Assembly: GCA_964304625.1 (NCBI GenBank)
Contig: OZ199840.1
Coordinates: 8,519,487-8,583,486 of the forward strand
Length of the DNA stretch: 64,000 nucleotides
Origin: Kudoa neothunni
Taxonomy: Eukaryota > Animalia > Cnidaria
Reading direction: 5' to 3'
Below are positions 1 through 13,100 of this stretch, piece after piece (within the stretch, counting starts at the first letter, position 1; every line of letters starts with the position of its first letter). Under the pieces are notes generated by a model that was not told where the DNA came from, ran no database searches, and worked only from the letters and a program-made list of their open reading frames with translations. Made by a program: the position numbers and the translations under genes.

Positions 1-802
1 TAAGAAAAAATTCGAAGTATAAATTAGACATAATTATTAATTATATCCTTTAACATGTGATTAGTTCATATGCTTTGTATTTACTAAAGAAAGTTTAATC
101 TGATGTGTACTCATATCGTTCATTTATTTATTTATGTTTTGGCTGAAGTTTTTTTACTTCAAATATAGGCGAATTTCTTTGTAACTTCATATAAGGGGGA
201 TATTTTTCCATTTGGAATCTTAACAAAATTGCTTATACCTGTCGTCTGCGTGGCTCGATTTTTATAAGAACACCCATTTATATTGTTATCATCATTAACA
301 GTCTCGGACTATTAGATTGAAGAAATTATTTATATATCAAACATCAGTCTTTATAATCCTGACTCATTTTACGAACAAAATTTGTTCATTTTTATGTAAA
401 CCCCTCTATTGTATAATACATGATTATAGCATGAGGGGTTTTTTATTATTTTAATTCTAAATTTAAATCTATTTTTGAATGAAGAAATTAATGAGCTTTT
501 GTCAAAGAAAAGTTGGCCTCAGAAATATATTCATTTTCTAACAAATTTTTATTTCCAGATTAACACCCAATAAAATTCAAGTTAATTTTTTACTTAAATT
601 GAAATTGTTGATTGATTAAATAATACGTTAAAAATAAAAATTGACGCTAAATGCTAAATGAATCTGTACATTATAATAATATTTATTTCATGATGACGTC
701 ATAGAACAAACGAATGGAAACCAAACGAAAGCAATGATGATAAAAATTTATTTTTAGAATATGAATCGATATAACTCTTCATTAGGGAAAAATATTAGTG
801 TA

Positions 803-2632
803 CTAAAATTTTAAATAGGTTTCATTATTCAGTTGGTTCGTTGGATAGTTATATAGAAGGGTTGCAATCTGTCTTCTCATCAGTATCAAAACGACACCTA
901 TCGCGCCAATCACAATAATAACCAAAACCCCCACAGTTATCCCAACAATGGCTGCTGTGGAGAGTGAGTTAGCTGAAGTAATATCAACTATTATTGCTCT
1001 TTTCAAAAAACGTGGATCAGTGTAGGCGTATCCATCAAGAAAAGAATAATCCGACATCTAAAAAACGAATGCAGATGTTGACATCAGAATAAATATAAGA
1101 GAGGATACTTTAAGGGTGTGTTTTAATTTTAACTTTTCAGTGTTAAATTCCAAGTATAGTAAATAATGTTGTAACATGATGCATTCAGTTAACCAATTTG
1201 GATATTCAGTCTATGATTGGATGAATAAATAAATAAATAAATTAATAGAGTAAGAAAGTAAATTTACATCCCAATTAGGCTTAAATTTAAAATATTCATC
1301 ACATTTAGAAATGAGAAGAGGTCGTATTTCGTTTAGTTTCGCAGGTATACTTTGACTTTGGGTTGTGGAGGTTAGATCTGGAAAATATGTCTAAAATTAA
1401 TCAATAAAGACAATATTCATTAGGATTTTACAATTATCTCATTAATTGAAGTAACATTAAACGGGATTGGTTTTGCTACGTCACAAATTTTTTTGAATAT
1501 TTTCTTATTATCATCTAAAAATGTCAGTACGGATAGTTTGCAACGCTCAATTTTAAATAAAGGATCTGCTATATATGGATGAATTTCCACAAAATTAGAA
1601 GTAAATCTTAAACAATTTTCTTGATCTTTAAGTTTCCAAAAGTCTATTACAATCCCAAGAGTTTTACATGGGCATGGATTCGAAGTCACCGTACGTCTTT
1701 TAAACGTTTCCTAAAAATTAATTTTTTTATATTCTCGATTGCTCAAAATAATACACTTGAATCAGACTCTTGAGCGGACGGATTCCATATTTCTTTAGAA
1801 TATGCACTATCTCCAACTAGAACTGTCGTAATCGTTTCATTCCACTTGATTATTCTTTTGCGAGTTCCAGGTGGTGTTTGACTGGAATTGGTGCTAGTTT
1901 GAGCAAATGTTAAAATATTTTCATCAAACGATATAAATCCATCAAAGTTTGTATTTTCCCTCTATAATTATAACTCGATAAAAGCTCGGAATTAATGCTA
2001 CGAAAGATACAGAAACGTCTTTATTGAAAAACATTTTATATGTAGCTTCATCCGCTACTTCCATGAGGTTAAAAAACTTTCGACCATGGGCGTTGGAAAA
2101 TTTCTTATATATGTGATTCAAATTATTCACATAATAATTATATTGTGACGGATAATTTTTTCTTTATTAAATATTTATCAGTTGTAAAAATGTATGTATA
2201 TGCTTTGTATATCTCCATGCAGCTCTTCCTATATATTCAATGTGAATATTCACCAAAGGAACGTCTAGAAGTTGTGGCTTTAACAAAACTTTTTGAATAC
2301 ATCCATTGATTTCCGTCTCCAACTCCAGAAATCCTGGAATATTAACAAAATTGTGTTGTGAATCTATCTAAAATATATTTGTATATTTACATCTCTGTAT
2401 ACTTTCTTCGTAGCATTCTGAGTGATCCAGCGTTTGTATTAATGGAGATTTTTGGTTAGGATCAAATCGATAAATATACGCCTTCAATCTATTTTGTGAT
2501 TCGTGTATTAATATTCCATACTATCATTAACCTTCTCATTAAATGCAAAATAATAACTTTTACCTTATAGAAATTCACGCAACTGGAATACTTCAATAAT
2601 ACAAATTATACATAAAAAATCAACATTACCAT
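803..2632 (-). CDS. CD39/GDA1 (ecto-NTPDase)-like type I membrane protein, copy 1; 9 exons; possibly decaying or alternatively spliced
   Basis: Hand-spliced exons read YGILIHESQNRLKAYIYRF (ACR1-like), IEYIGRAAWR (ACR2-like), EVADEATY (ACR3-like), DGFISFDENILTF (ACR4-like), NPC, SFLDGYA (ACR5-like), TM AIVGITVGVLVIIVIGAIGVVLILM and a tail ending YLKF. Exon 1 has an in-frame TAA (2608-2606) and the intron 3 donor is GC (2203-2202). Confidence 0.7.
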
Positions 2633-2654
2633 TATTTTATCTCTCGAAATGTAT

Positions 2655-2668
2655 TTAATCTTTCGGTA
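2655..2668 (-). promoter_or_regulatory. Family-specific upstream motif TACCGAAAGATTAA, copy 1
   Basis: Starts 36 nt 5' of the ATG; the same motif lies at nearly the same distance in all five paralogs. Confidence 0.55.
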
Positions 2669-3594
2669 AAACGAAAAGTTTTTAATTATGAATTTTAATA
2701 TTTATTTTCAAATTTAATACAATCTGTGAAATATTGTTAACGTTTAGTATATTAAATAAATTATTTCATGTTCAATTAAAATTTAAAGTTATTTTATCAT
2801 AATATTCAATATACATATCTGAGTAAAAAATTTCATCCAAATGAATTATATTTTATTTAAGTAATTAAATTAATGAACAATTATTAAAATAATTATTCTT
2901 TATCCGTAATTATACATAAATAATTACACCATCGGTACTTATCGCACGCGTCGAATTATGGAATAATTCTAAACTAATCCATAAAATAATAGCCAGGAAA
3001 TGATTAATAAAATTAAAATAATTTTGTAAACTATACAATTATTATAAGGTTCATAAACAAATTTGATTCTTTTTCAATAATATGTATGTACCATTTATCT
3101 GAAAAAGTTTCAGATAATTAAATATTCAATTTATATTATTGTAGGAGTAGTTATTAGATGATTGAATACGAGATAGTTAATTTTCAAACTTCATTAATCC
3201 AAAAAATAATATTTAAAACTTGTTTTCAATGCTTCTAAAGCTATGGGGATTTTGAATAATTTACAAAAATTCAATATTCAAATTAAAACCATTATACATT
3301 ATTCCAACAATTTTCACCTACAAGGGATTCGGGAGGAATTATTCCTAAATTTTGTTATTAAAAATTTAACAAGGATTATCGGCTAAAATTATAATAAAAT
3401 TATTCAAATATATTTATTAGATAAATTGAGGAATTAAGTTATTAATAAATTTTTTAGCAACGTGCACTTTCTCAGGCGTAACCATTCGCCTACTCATCGG
3501 TAGTCCTTAAAATTATATGATTACATTCTTAAAATATTTATAATAATTTATCTTTGCAATAATCATAAATAAAAATTACCGAATTCTAATTTTA

Positions 3595-4446
3595 TTAACC
3601 CTTCTGGGGCCAACCGATTTTAAAAACCGTGTCTGTCCAAGCGGGGTCTCGTGATACCCCCGTAAAAATAGAATTTAAACTTAATCAAATTACATCAAAC
3701 TCGTACACTCAAAAGTAAACATAATAATGAACTGGTTGACGTTACAACTATAGTAATGGATCGCCGTACGTAATCCCGGTCCCGACTGGATAACACTTAC
3801 ACATTTGCGCGTGCGCACACACATTAAAACACTAAACCAACTATAACTTAAATATTAATGAGAAGAAAATTATTTGTTTTTGTTTAAAATTACGATTTAA
3901 AAATGAATAAACATCTGGAATAGAATCAGACATTAACTCCTATTTTTTGAACCATGATGTTTAAAATAGTTCTAAATAATAATAAGGCTATCTCTGAAAT
4001 TCTCAATTTTTATCAAGAAAATCATCCGTTTCCGAATTTTTGAGGAGGGACTGTCATTGCGCCTTTGTTATTTCTATGAATTCGAGAGTACATAATTATA
4101 AACCACATTACTATGTATCTACAAAAACTTATTAATTGTTTAATCATGGTAAAAAAAGAAAGTAAACGTTTAATTCAATCACGCGCCCAAAGCAAAAAGG
4201 TACGTACCACCGATCTTCACGTGACTTTTTATTTTTCGTTTTTTTCCTATTAATTATGTTTATAAATTATTTAATGGGAATAATAATAACATTTTGAAAT
4301 CATTTTTGAAATCATTTTAAATACGAGAGAACCTTTTATTATGTGAAATACTAATGTACGTACGACCAGTCCATTACTGCATTATGTAATTTCTTGAATG
4401 TCAATAAATATCAAAATTTTTTTGATTCGGTAGGTCACGAAGGTTA
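3595..4446. mobile_element. Degenerate non-autonomous piggyBac-like element
   Basis: Left end TTAA-CCCTTCTGGGGCCAACCGATT followed by a GGGGTC..TACCCC motif; imperfect inverted match ATTCGGTAGGTCACGAAGGTTA near 4425-4446. Confidence 0.35.
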
Positions 4447-4657
4447 CAATTGAATGAGCACATTATATAGTTTTGATGTGTGCATGTATTGTTAATACAT
4501 GAAAAATTTAAACTAAAGACATGGAATTAATAATTAGAATGTAGGTGTAGGCGAGGCGAAATATTATACAACACTTTCAAGTTTTATCGGTAACGCTCAG
4601 CTGCCATATGACGGTGAAGGACTGACCTTAAGATTAAGTTCAACATATCTTTTAAAT

Positions 4658-7600
4658 CAGGGTTTCCCCATTGGGAGGTGGGGGTACGGATAACAAGTTT
4701 TGGTGTACGTGGATCATTTAAGCGATTATAAATAAATAAATATAATATTAAAATAATAAAATGATATAGATGTCACCTAAAAAATATTTATGTGAAAGAA
4801 ATATAACGCTAATTTTTCGCTAATAATTTTGTAGATATAAAAATTTCATAAAATCTAAAATTAAGCAAATAAAAACAATGTGCCAACATATACATTATGT
4901 CAGATCGAAATAAGTCGGTTGGGTTCTAATTTTAATTATGACAGTCAAAATGTGTCAACCACATCTCATTTAATCACGTTGCGTTAACCACTTTTTCATT
5001 TTTTGATGAATTTTGATTTACTAATAAAATAAAAACCTGTATTATAGTAATATTAAATTCAGTTTAAATTATTTTATTTATATGTTGAGATAGCATATTT
5101 TGAAATAGTTAGTATCGGTTTGAAATATTATTCATCAACTGGGTTGTTGATGCATTCTTAAATTAATTATTCGATGTGATCTTCAAAGATTTTTATTTTC
5201 ATAATTTAAAAAAATCTTATAGATTAATATTAAAAATACTGTGATAGAATTAGCAAGTTTTTAAACATAGTAATTTGGGCATTAGTGTAAAAATGTATAT
5301 TTTAACAATGAATAATCTTCTTTAATTTTATTTAAATACAAAAATTAAATAAAATAAAATTCATGATATAACCTCCTGAATTAAAAAAATTGAAACAATA
5401 AAAAAATATTGTTTACATATACACTATTCCCATAGGCACAACATTTAGCATTTTTTTATATTGGAATCATTACCTACAAAATCAGATCTGAAAAGATTAG
5501 AAAATGTAGTTTCATTTTTTCCACAACATGCATAAAATAAATCAGTTTAAAAATAGTTTATCATATAGCGTTAAAAAAATAATTGTAAAAAATTTTTCGT
5601 AAAAATACGTTTAATTTTATTATTACCGAATAAAACACTACTAAATATATTTATAAACTAAAAAAATGTATATTCTTACAAAAACAGCTTATACATGATA
5701 TTTAATTCAATATAACTACTAAAAAAGACATTTTTCTCCATAATATACGAAAATTTCAAAATATGAGTTCTGATAGTTCAATTAAGCATTGAACTAATCA
5801 AAAAATTATTTTAGCACATTAAAAATAAATAAATAGAAATGCAAGAAAAATAAACGAAACTTCGTAGTAAGGACGAACATAATGGAGATAACACATGCTC
5901 GAAATCTCTTTGTTGATACAATCTATGAATTTAGAAGTGACTTTTTTGGTGCTACTTTAGAGTCCATAATTTTTTGCTTTAAAAAATAAATATGAAAAAA
6001 CAGAAAAGTTTGATTAGTGAAGATGTTCTTTAGATGCCACAATCTTCATCATTACACTGTCAATTAGAGAATAAAATACCCCAATCTTGCAAGATTTTCA
6101 TGCTTATGTGTAATATTTAATGATATGAAAAATTTATTACTTAAGTCTCGTTAGCTGAATATTGTCAACCACAAATAAACAAACAATAAACAAATCCCAT
6201 AATAAAACCCCAAATAACTAATGAAGTTATCAATCTTAATTAAATAGTTAATAGATTTTTGACTAACTTTGGATAATTTGTACACTTCCTTAAATCGTAA
6301 GAGAGGTAACCGATTCAAGAAGAATAAAATATTTAATGTAAACATATTTTTAAATGAAGGATAAATACTAATTCTATCCTTTCATATTTTTAATCCTAAA
6401 GTTTTTTTCAATATGGCAAGCCACCAACAAGTTAGGAAATGGAAGGAAGGATACGCCAAATACGGTTTACTAAAAACTCGTTGAGGGTATTGAAAAACCA
6501 CAATGCGTTCTTTGTAATGTCGTTTATTCAAATTCCAACACGAAGCCATCGAAGTTGCTTCAACATTTTGAGAACAAACGTGGTGATAAAACACATGTAG
6601 GAAACGATATCCAGTCATTAAAAGTGAAAAGAGCGCGCTATGACTTAAAGGGAACATTCCCTAAATAAATCCTTGCTTCTCGCTTCATTCAAAATAACTT
6701 ATGAAGTAGCAAAGTGACCCGTCAATATTGCAGAGGCGTTGATAAAACCTTGCATTTTGGAGGCAGCAAAGATTGTTTTGGATGAAGAAGCAACACAAAA
6801 ACTCAAAGGAATACCACTATCCAATAATGCTATTCGCAATAAAATTGATAAGTGCTGATATTCTTGATCAAATAGTTTCGGATATCAAAGCATCTCCAAT
6901 GCAAGTTTCACTCCAGCTGGATGAGTCAGCGGATGTCGATAATTGTACTCAGCTCATCGCTTTCGTAAGATAAGTGAAATCCACTTCTATTGAGGAAGAA
7001 ATTATTTTGCAAGGCGTTGAATACAACAACAACAACAACAACAACAACTGCAGTGGATATTTTCGAAGTAACTAGAGGCTTTTTTGACGCCAACGGAATT
7101 CCAATCGTAACTATTGGATCTATTTGTACCGATGGGGCACCTGCTATGTTAGGAAATAAATCGGGGTTTGTTACTCATATAAAATGTCATGTTCCGGACG
7201 TGATAATCACCTATTGTATTTTGCATCGCCAAGATCTGATGTCAATAAGTTTGCCGATTGGTCTAAAATCAGTAATGGATTATTGTATAAAAATAATAAA
7301 TTTCATGCGCAGAAGAGCTCTAAATCACAGGCTTTTTAAAGCATTTTGCAATGAAATTAACGAAGAAGCTTCTGTTCTTATCTACCACCACAAAGAAATA
7401 AGATGATTGTCTCGAGGACGTGTTTTAAGTCGGGTTTTTGACTTAAAATATGAAATCGAACAATTTTTATCGGATCAAAAGTCGGATCTTGCTAATGTTT
7501 TCAAGTCCAAAAATTTCTCAATAATGTTGGCATATCTCACTGATATCTCTCAACACTTGAACGAATTAAATAATTCGCCTTCAATATGGAAAAAATGAGG

Positions 7601-7820
7601 GACAAGAATACCGAAAAAGAATATTTGATCGATTTAAGATCGTGCCAATCAATGAAACTGTTGTTTTAGTCAAGTTTACTTGAGCGCTTCTGGTGTCACG
7701 CCCTTAATAGTTATCCCAGTTTAGCGAAAAAAGCGCTGAAGACTTTAGCTCCATTTGCCACTACGTGGTTATGTGAATCAAGGGTTTCCTCCCTTTTATA
7801 CATAAAAAATAAATAAAAGT
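4658..7820 (+). mobile_element. hAT (Buster-type) DNA transposon, degenerate; right end not found
   Basis: Left TIR CAGGGTTTCCCC at 4658, preceded by TTTTAAAT (NNNTANNN target pattern); transposase remnant downstream. Confidence 0.7.
6413..7815 (+). pseudogene. hAT/Buster (ZBED5/ZBED8-like) transposase pseudogene
   Basis: Motifs RKWKEGYAKYG, KPQCVLC, SLQLDESADV, ICTDGAPAMLG, YCILHRQ, R*LSRG and dimerization region FWCHALNSYPSLAKKALKTLAPFATTWLCE. Multiple stops and frameshifts, plus an (ACA)n expansion near 7023-7048. Confidence 0.9.
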
Positions 7821-8379
7821 CCAAAAGTTAACTAAAATTTTTTAATTGTTTATTTTTCAATTGTATTTTTACGCATTAAATGCTTAAAAAATGTATATTC
7901 TTGCTACTGTATGCAAATGTATCGCGGTTAAAAGGGAATATATGCGCGTTAATCTTATACAATCCGAATTTCAACTAGTCTTAAAAATAGGGGTGTGAAA
8001 ATTTCTTATTGTTTTTTCTGAGGAAAGTTTTTTTTGGGTCTAAGAATATTATAAGGAAGTTTCTTATTTTTATTAAACTACAAAGATTGCCATAAAATTA
8101 AAAAATTATTACAAAAATTAACTTTTTTATTCAAATCATTTATTTTTTAAACTGAAGAATTACTGAATATTTTTTTCTGTGAAAACTATCCCAAATTTTT
8201 ACGGTACATGTAAGTGAATAATTAATTTTAAATTTACACTTATTAATTCACTTATCAATAATTCGTCGTTCACGTATAAATATTAATTATTGCTCATATT
8301 TAAAATAATGATTATTTTGCATAAAAAATATTTGTTATCAGAGGATTTCATAGAGTAATCGTGGAAAGACAGGAACAAA

Positions 8380-8883
8380 ATTTATTATCCTAAAAAGGAG
8401 GGATTGGATAAGATCGAAAATGTTGAGATTTACTGTATTAGACGCTGGTCAATAGCTGTATTATAACAACATAACAGACGCGGCAGTACACAATGCATTT
8501 CAATTGCATGAGACTAGGGCCCTCAATTTCCTAGTTAATACTAGCTTCAGCACAAAAGATGAATCCTCAAAATATTTGTCAGTGAAACTTTCAGAGGAAT
8601 TCAAAACGATTATACAAAATAATAGTGAAAAGACAAACGATGGGACTAGACAATGCGGACATAATGGTGTTTCCAACAGATCCCGAATGAACGATGCCGC
8701 ATAAATTGGAGTACGTGAGATAAATCCACTTGTGATGAATAAAGAATAAAGTTAATAAAATGTAGAACACGTTTTTATAAATAATTCATTGTTCTTTTAT
8801 ATATTTCAATGTTTTTTTGAAGGTAGACACAGTGTCCACCCCAGGTATGCGTGTGAGTTTTTTCCTGGGTATCGGAGGGTTAA
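8380..8883 (+). mobile_element. piggyBac 3' relic (transposase C-terminal fragment plus right end)
   Basis: Degenerate translation KKEGLDKIE..RRWSIAV/YNNITDAAVHNAFQL resembles the piggyBac KGGVD..RRW..D.A..NAY region; ends GGAGGG-TTAA (TTAA at 8880-8883). Confidence 0.65.
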
Positions 8884-9321
8884 ACTTAGAATTTTGAAGT
8901 TTCGGAAAAATTAAAAAATATTCATGTATACTATTTAATAAGTTTCATCCAAAAATGAATCTAGGGGAAAAATGTTTTGATATGTATACTATTGGGATAG
9001 ATCAATCCATGTTGCCATTTGGCATTATGTGTGTATCTTTTTAATTGTTGAAATGAGTTCTTCAATTTTTGGATATTTTTTTATCAAATTATTCATAATT
9101 TAACAAAATGCGAAATTTTTTGTTCGGCCGTTTAATTAAATTCGGATTCAAAAGGTTAACTCAGAGTACGAAAATTATAAAATTATCTTATTAGATACGC
9201 TAGGGAAATAATATAAAAATAAAACGACTCTAGCTATAAGTAATAACTTATCTTTAAACTCTATGTTTGATATAACGATTTCTATAACGGTTATATTAGA
9301 GTAATCAAATGTGTTCGGCCT

Positions 9322-11157
9322 TCAAGATTGAATTGGTTCATTGGGTTCGGAGTCAAATTTTTTCGATATAAATGGAAATTTATATATAAGGGCCGCGATC
9401 TGTTTCCTCATCAACACCAAAACGACACCTACCGCGCCTATCACAATAATAACCAAAACCCCCACAGTTATCCCAACAATGGCTGCTGTGGAGAGTGAGT
9501 TAGCTGAAGTAATATCAACTATTATTGCTCTTTTCAAAAAACGTGGATCAGTGTAGGCGTATCCATCAAGAAAAGAATAATCCGACATCTAAAAAACGAG
9601 TGCAGACGTTGACACCAAAATAAATATAAGAAAGGATACTTTAAGGGTGTGTTTTAATTTTAACTTTTCAGTGTTAAATTCCAAATATAGTAAATAATAT
9701 TGTAACAGATAGCATTCATTTAACCAATTTTCGTATTCATCCTATGAATGAATGAATAAATAAATTAATAGAGTAAGAAAGTAAATTTACATCCCAATTA
9801 GGCTTAAATTTAAAATATTCATCACATTTAGAAATGAGAAGAGGTCGTATTTCGTTTAGTTTCGCAGGCATACTTTGACTTTGGGTTGTGGAGGTTAGAT
9901 CTGGAAAATATGTCTAAAATTAATCAATAAAGACAATATTCATTAGGATTTTACAATTATCTTATTAATTGAAGTAGCATTAAAAGGAACGGGTGATGAA
10001 AATTTACATAATGTTTGAAATAGCTTCTTGTTATCATTTAAAAATGTTAATGCGGTGAGTTTACATTGCTTCTTCTTAAATAAAGAATCTGTCATAAAAG
10101 GATAAATTTCCACGTAATTCGAAGTAAATCTGAAACAGTTTTCTTGATCTTTAAGTTTCCAAAAATCTACTACAATTCCAACATTTATTGATTCACATGG
10201 GTTCGGACTCATCGGACGTTTCGTAACTGCTATCTAAAAATTTGATTATTTTATATTCTCTGTTTGCTCAAAATAATACACTTGAATCAGACTCCTGAGC
10301 GGACGGATCCCATATTTCTTTAGAATATGCACTATCTCCAACTAGAACTGTCGTAATCGTTCCATTCCACTTGATTATTTTTTTGCGAGTTTTTGGTGGT
10401 GTTTGACTGGAACTAGCGCCAATTTGAGCAAAACTTAAAGTATTTTCATCAAACGATATAAATCCATCAAAGTTTGTATTTTCCCTCTATAAATATAACT
10501 CGATAATTGCTCAAAATTAATTCAATGAAAAATACAGAAATTTTCTTATTAAAAAACATTTTATATGTAGCTTCATCCGCTACTTCCATGAGGTTAAAAA
10601 ACTTTCGATCATGGGCGTTGGAAAATTTCTTATATATGTGATTCAAATTATTCACATAATAATTATATTGTGACGGATAATTTTTTCTTTATTAAATATT
10701 TATCAGTTGTAAAAATGTATGTATATACTTTGTATATCTCCATGCAGCTCTTCCTATATATTCAATGTGAATATTCACCAAAGGAACATCTAGAAGTGGT
10801 GGCTTTAACAAAATTTTTTTAATACATTCATTGATTTCCGTCTCCAACTCCAGAAATTCTGGAATATTAACAAAATTGTGTTGTAAATCTATCTAAAATA
10901 TATTTATATATTTACATCTCTATATACTTTCTTCGTAGCATTCTAAGTGATCCAGCGTTTGTATTAATGGAGATTTTTGGTCAGGATCAAATCGATAAAT
11001 ATACGCCTTCAATCTATTTTGTGATTCGTGTATTAATATTCCATACTATCATTAACCTTCTCATTAAATGCAAAATAATAACTTTTACCTTATAGAAATT
11101 CACGCAACTGGAATATTCAATAATACAAATTATATATAAAATAATCAACATTACCAT
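9322..11157 (-). CDS. CD39/GDA1-like type I membrane protein, copy 2; 9 exons, apparently intact
   Basis: Exon 1 MVMLIILYIICIIEYSSCVNFYK is signal-peptide-like. Same intron positions and motifs as copy 1, canonical GT donor at intron 3, C-terminal TM and tail ...SEPNEPIQS. Confidence 0.85.
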
Positions 11158-11179
11158 TATTTTATCTCTCGAAACGTAT

Positions 11180-11193
11180 TTTATCTTTCGGTA
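11180..11193 (-). promoter_or_regulatory. Family-specific upstream motif TACCGAAAGATAAA, copy 2
   Basis: Starts 36 nt 5' of the ATG at 11157. Confidence 0.55.
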
Positions 11194-11799
11194 GAACGTA
11201 AACTTTTAATTGTATAACCATATCTCTGAATCTAAATACTTATTATTCGATATAATACAATTTGTCAAATATTGATATCGTCTAGTAATATTAAATAAAA
11301 AGATTATTAGCGGAGAGCTATATTAATGGTGTGCAATATTCCAAATACATTCTTTCATTCTCTATTGAAACCTTAAGTTATTTTATCGTAACCATCAATA
11401 TAGATATCCAAATAATAACTTTTAACCAAGTTAGTCTTACTTTATTTTAGTAATCAACTTTCCAATCGTTAGAGTCTAATGTATAAATGAATTTGAGGTA
11501 AATTTTTACTATAACAAGAAGTTGTCGCTTATATAAGTGGTTTGTTTTCTCTTCTGTAGGTACAATATTTTTTCTAATCTTTAAAGATAATAAGGAATAC
11601 ATTTAATAAAATTTTACGGCCAAATGTAAAAGATTACCAAAATCGTATCATATGATAAATTCTTGGGGTAAAAATTTTCCCTAACTTTATTAGCTCTAAA
11701 TGATAGATAAAGTGCTGCCTATTAAATATTTCAAATTTTAACTGTACCCGAGGAAATAATTTGAAGGTATATGGTTAATATCCATTAATAAATTATGTA

Positions 11800-13100
11800 T
11801 TTTGTTTTATCGTTGCAGTAATGGAGATGGACTTTATCAATAGTAGTTATAGTGATGGTTCGAATTTTTTCGAAAATGATTATGGATTCCTCTTAAAAAT
11901 GATGCCAGTCGAATCCTACGAGATTGATTACTTTGAGAATTTTAGTCAAACTAAAATCAATAACAAGGATTCTATGGAGTTACGATAAACCACAAACATG
12001 TGGGGCTACAAAGAAAAATATCGGGCACTTAGCGTCAGTTTTTATAGCTTATTTTATCTCGAAAAATAAACTTAGTTTGAAAGGGTTTTTGTTATTTTTC
12101 TCTGAAGGAACTATATCGATTATAATAAAATATACCAAACAATTTGAAACTACAAAATTTGATACTAATAGCTATTCATAAGGACCGACAAGAACCTATT
12201 TTAAAGCACTTTAAAACTGCTAAAGGAAATGATGTGTATAGGTAGCGCCTCGCCTGCCAATAATTATGCCGGTAATATCCAGTGCTCTTCTTTTTAATGC
12301 TATCAATTATCGCAAGAGAAACTAAAATACTGACGTATTTTGTGTCATTCATAATATTCTTAGTATATGGAAAACTATTATATCAAAATGTTTGGTGTCA
12401 TACAAAGATACTATTGATGGGCACCGAACGTCATTTAAAAGAAAGATGTCAATTTGGACAATATCCACATTCTTAACTCACTAAATATGAAATCGAGTCT
12501 AATAGTTGTCAGTCATGATCATTGTTATATACATATAAAATTTGGAGGTATATCTACGTAAAATTAGACCAAAAAATAAAAGACAATGAATTTCCGTGAT
12601 AATGGGGTTATGAAACTTTTTGAACACTTGTAGTTATCAGGGAAAATTGTTTTAGACAATTTCTTTACTTAATTTTGTCGATAAATTATACTGCTTGAAG
12701 GAAATATGACAATATTGCGATCTATTCATCACAATTAGCCTGAAATATCGTTATCCAGCATGCCAGCTATATTTAGAGAAGTATTCAACATTACATTAGT
12801 ATTTAATGATCATTTCATATGAGAATACGATAAAAAGGCTGGGATATTGTTGCCCCAAGGAACAATAAATGTTACTAGTAATGACTCTCATAGTAAGCCA
12901 GACGTTATGATTTATTACAACTCGATTAAAGGAGACGTTGACAAAGTTGATTGTATGATTGTCTCCGTTTCTCTCGAAATATTTGAAAAAAGATAGTTTT
13001 TAGCGCTGTTTTTCAATTTAGTGGATTTATCATCTATAACTGTGTTTCACATATACAAAAGAACTTTTAGGATGATATGGTTAGAATAAAATTTAAAAAT
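11800..13100 (+). pseudogene. Highly degenerate piggyBac transposase relic
   Basis: Fragments GKIVLDNFFT (about 12640-12670) and KPDVMIYYNSIKGDVDKVD...FLALFFNLVDLS (about 12895-13035). Boundaries are approximate. Confidence 0.75.

Noticed and set aside
6151-6657. Minus-strand ORFs 6151-6345 and 6382-6657
   Set aside because: The first is low-complexity AT-rich sequence and the second is antisense to the hAT transposase relic.
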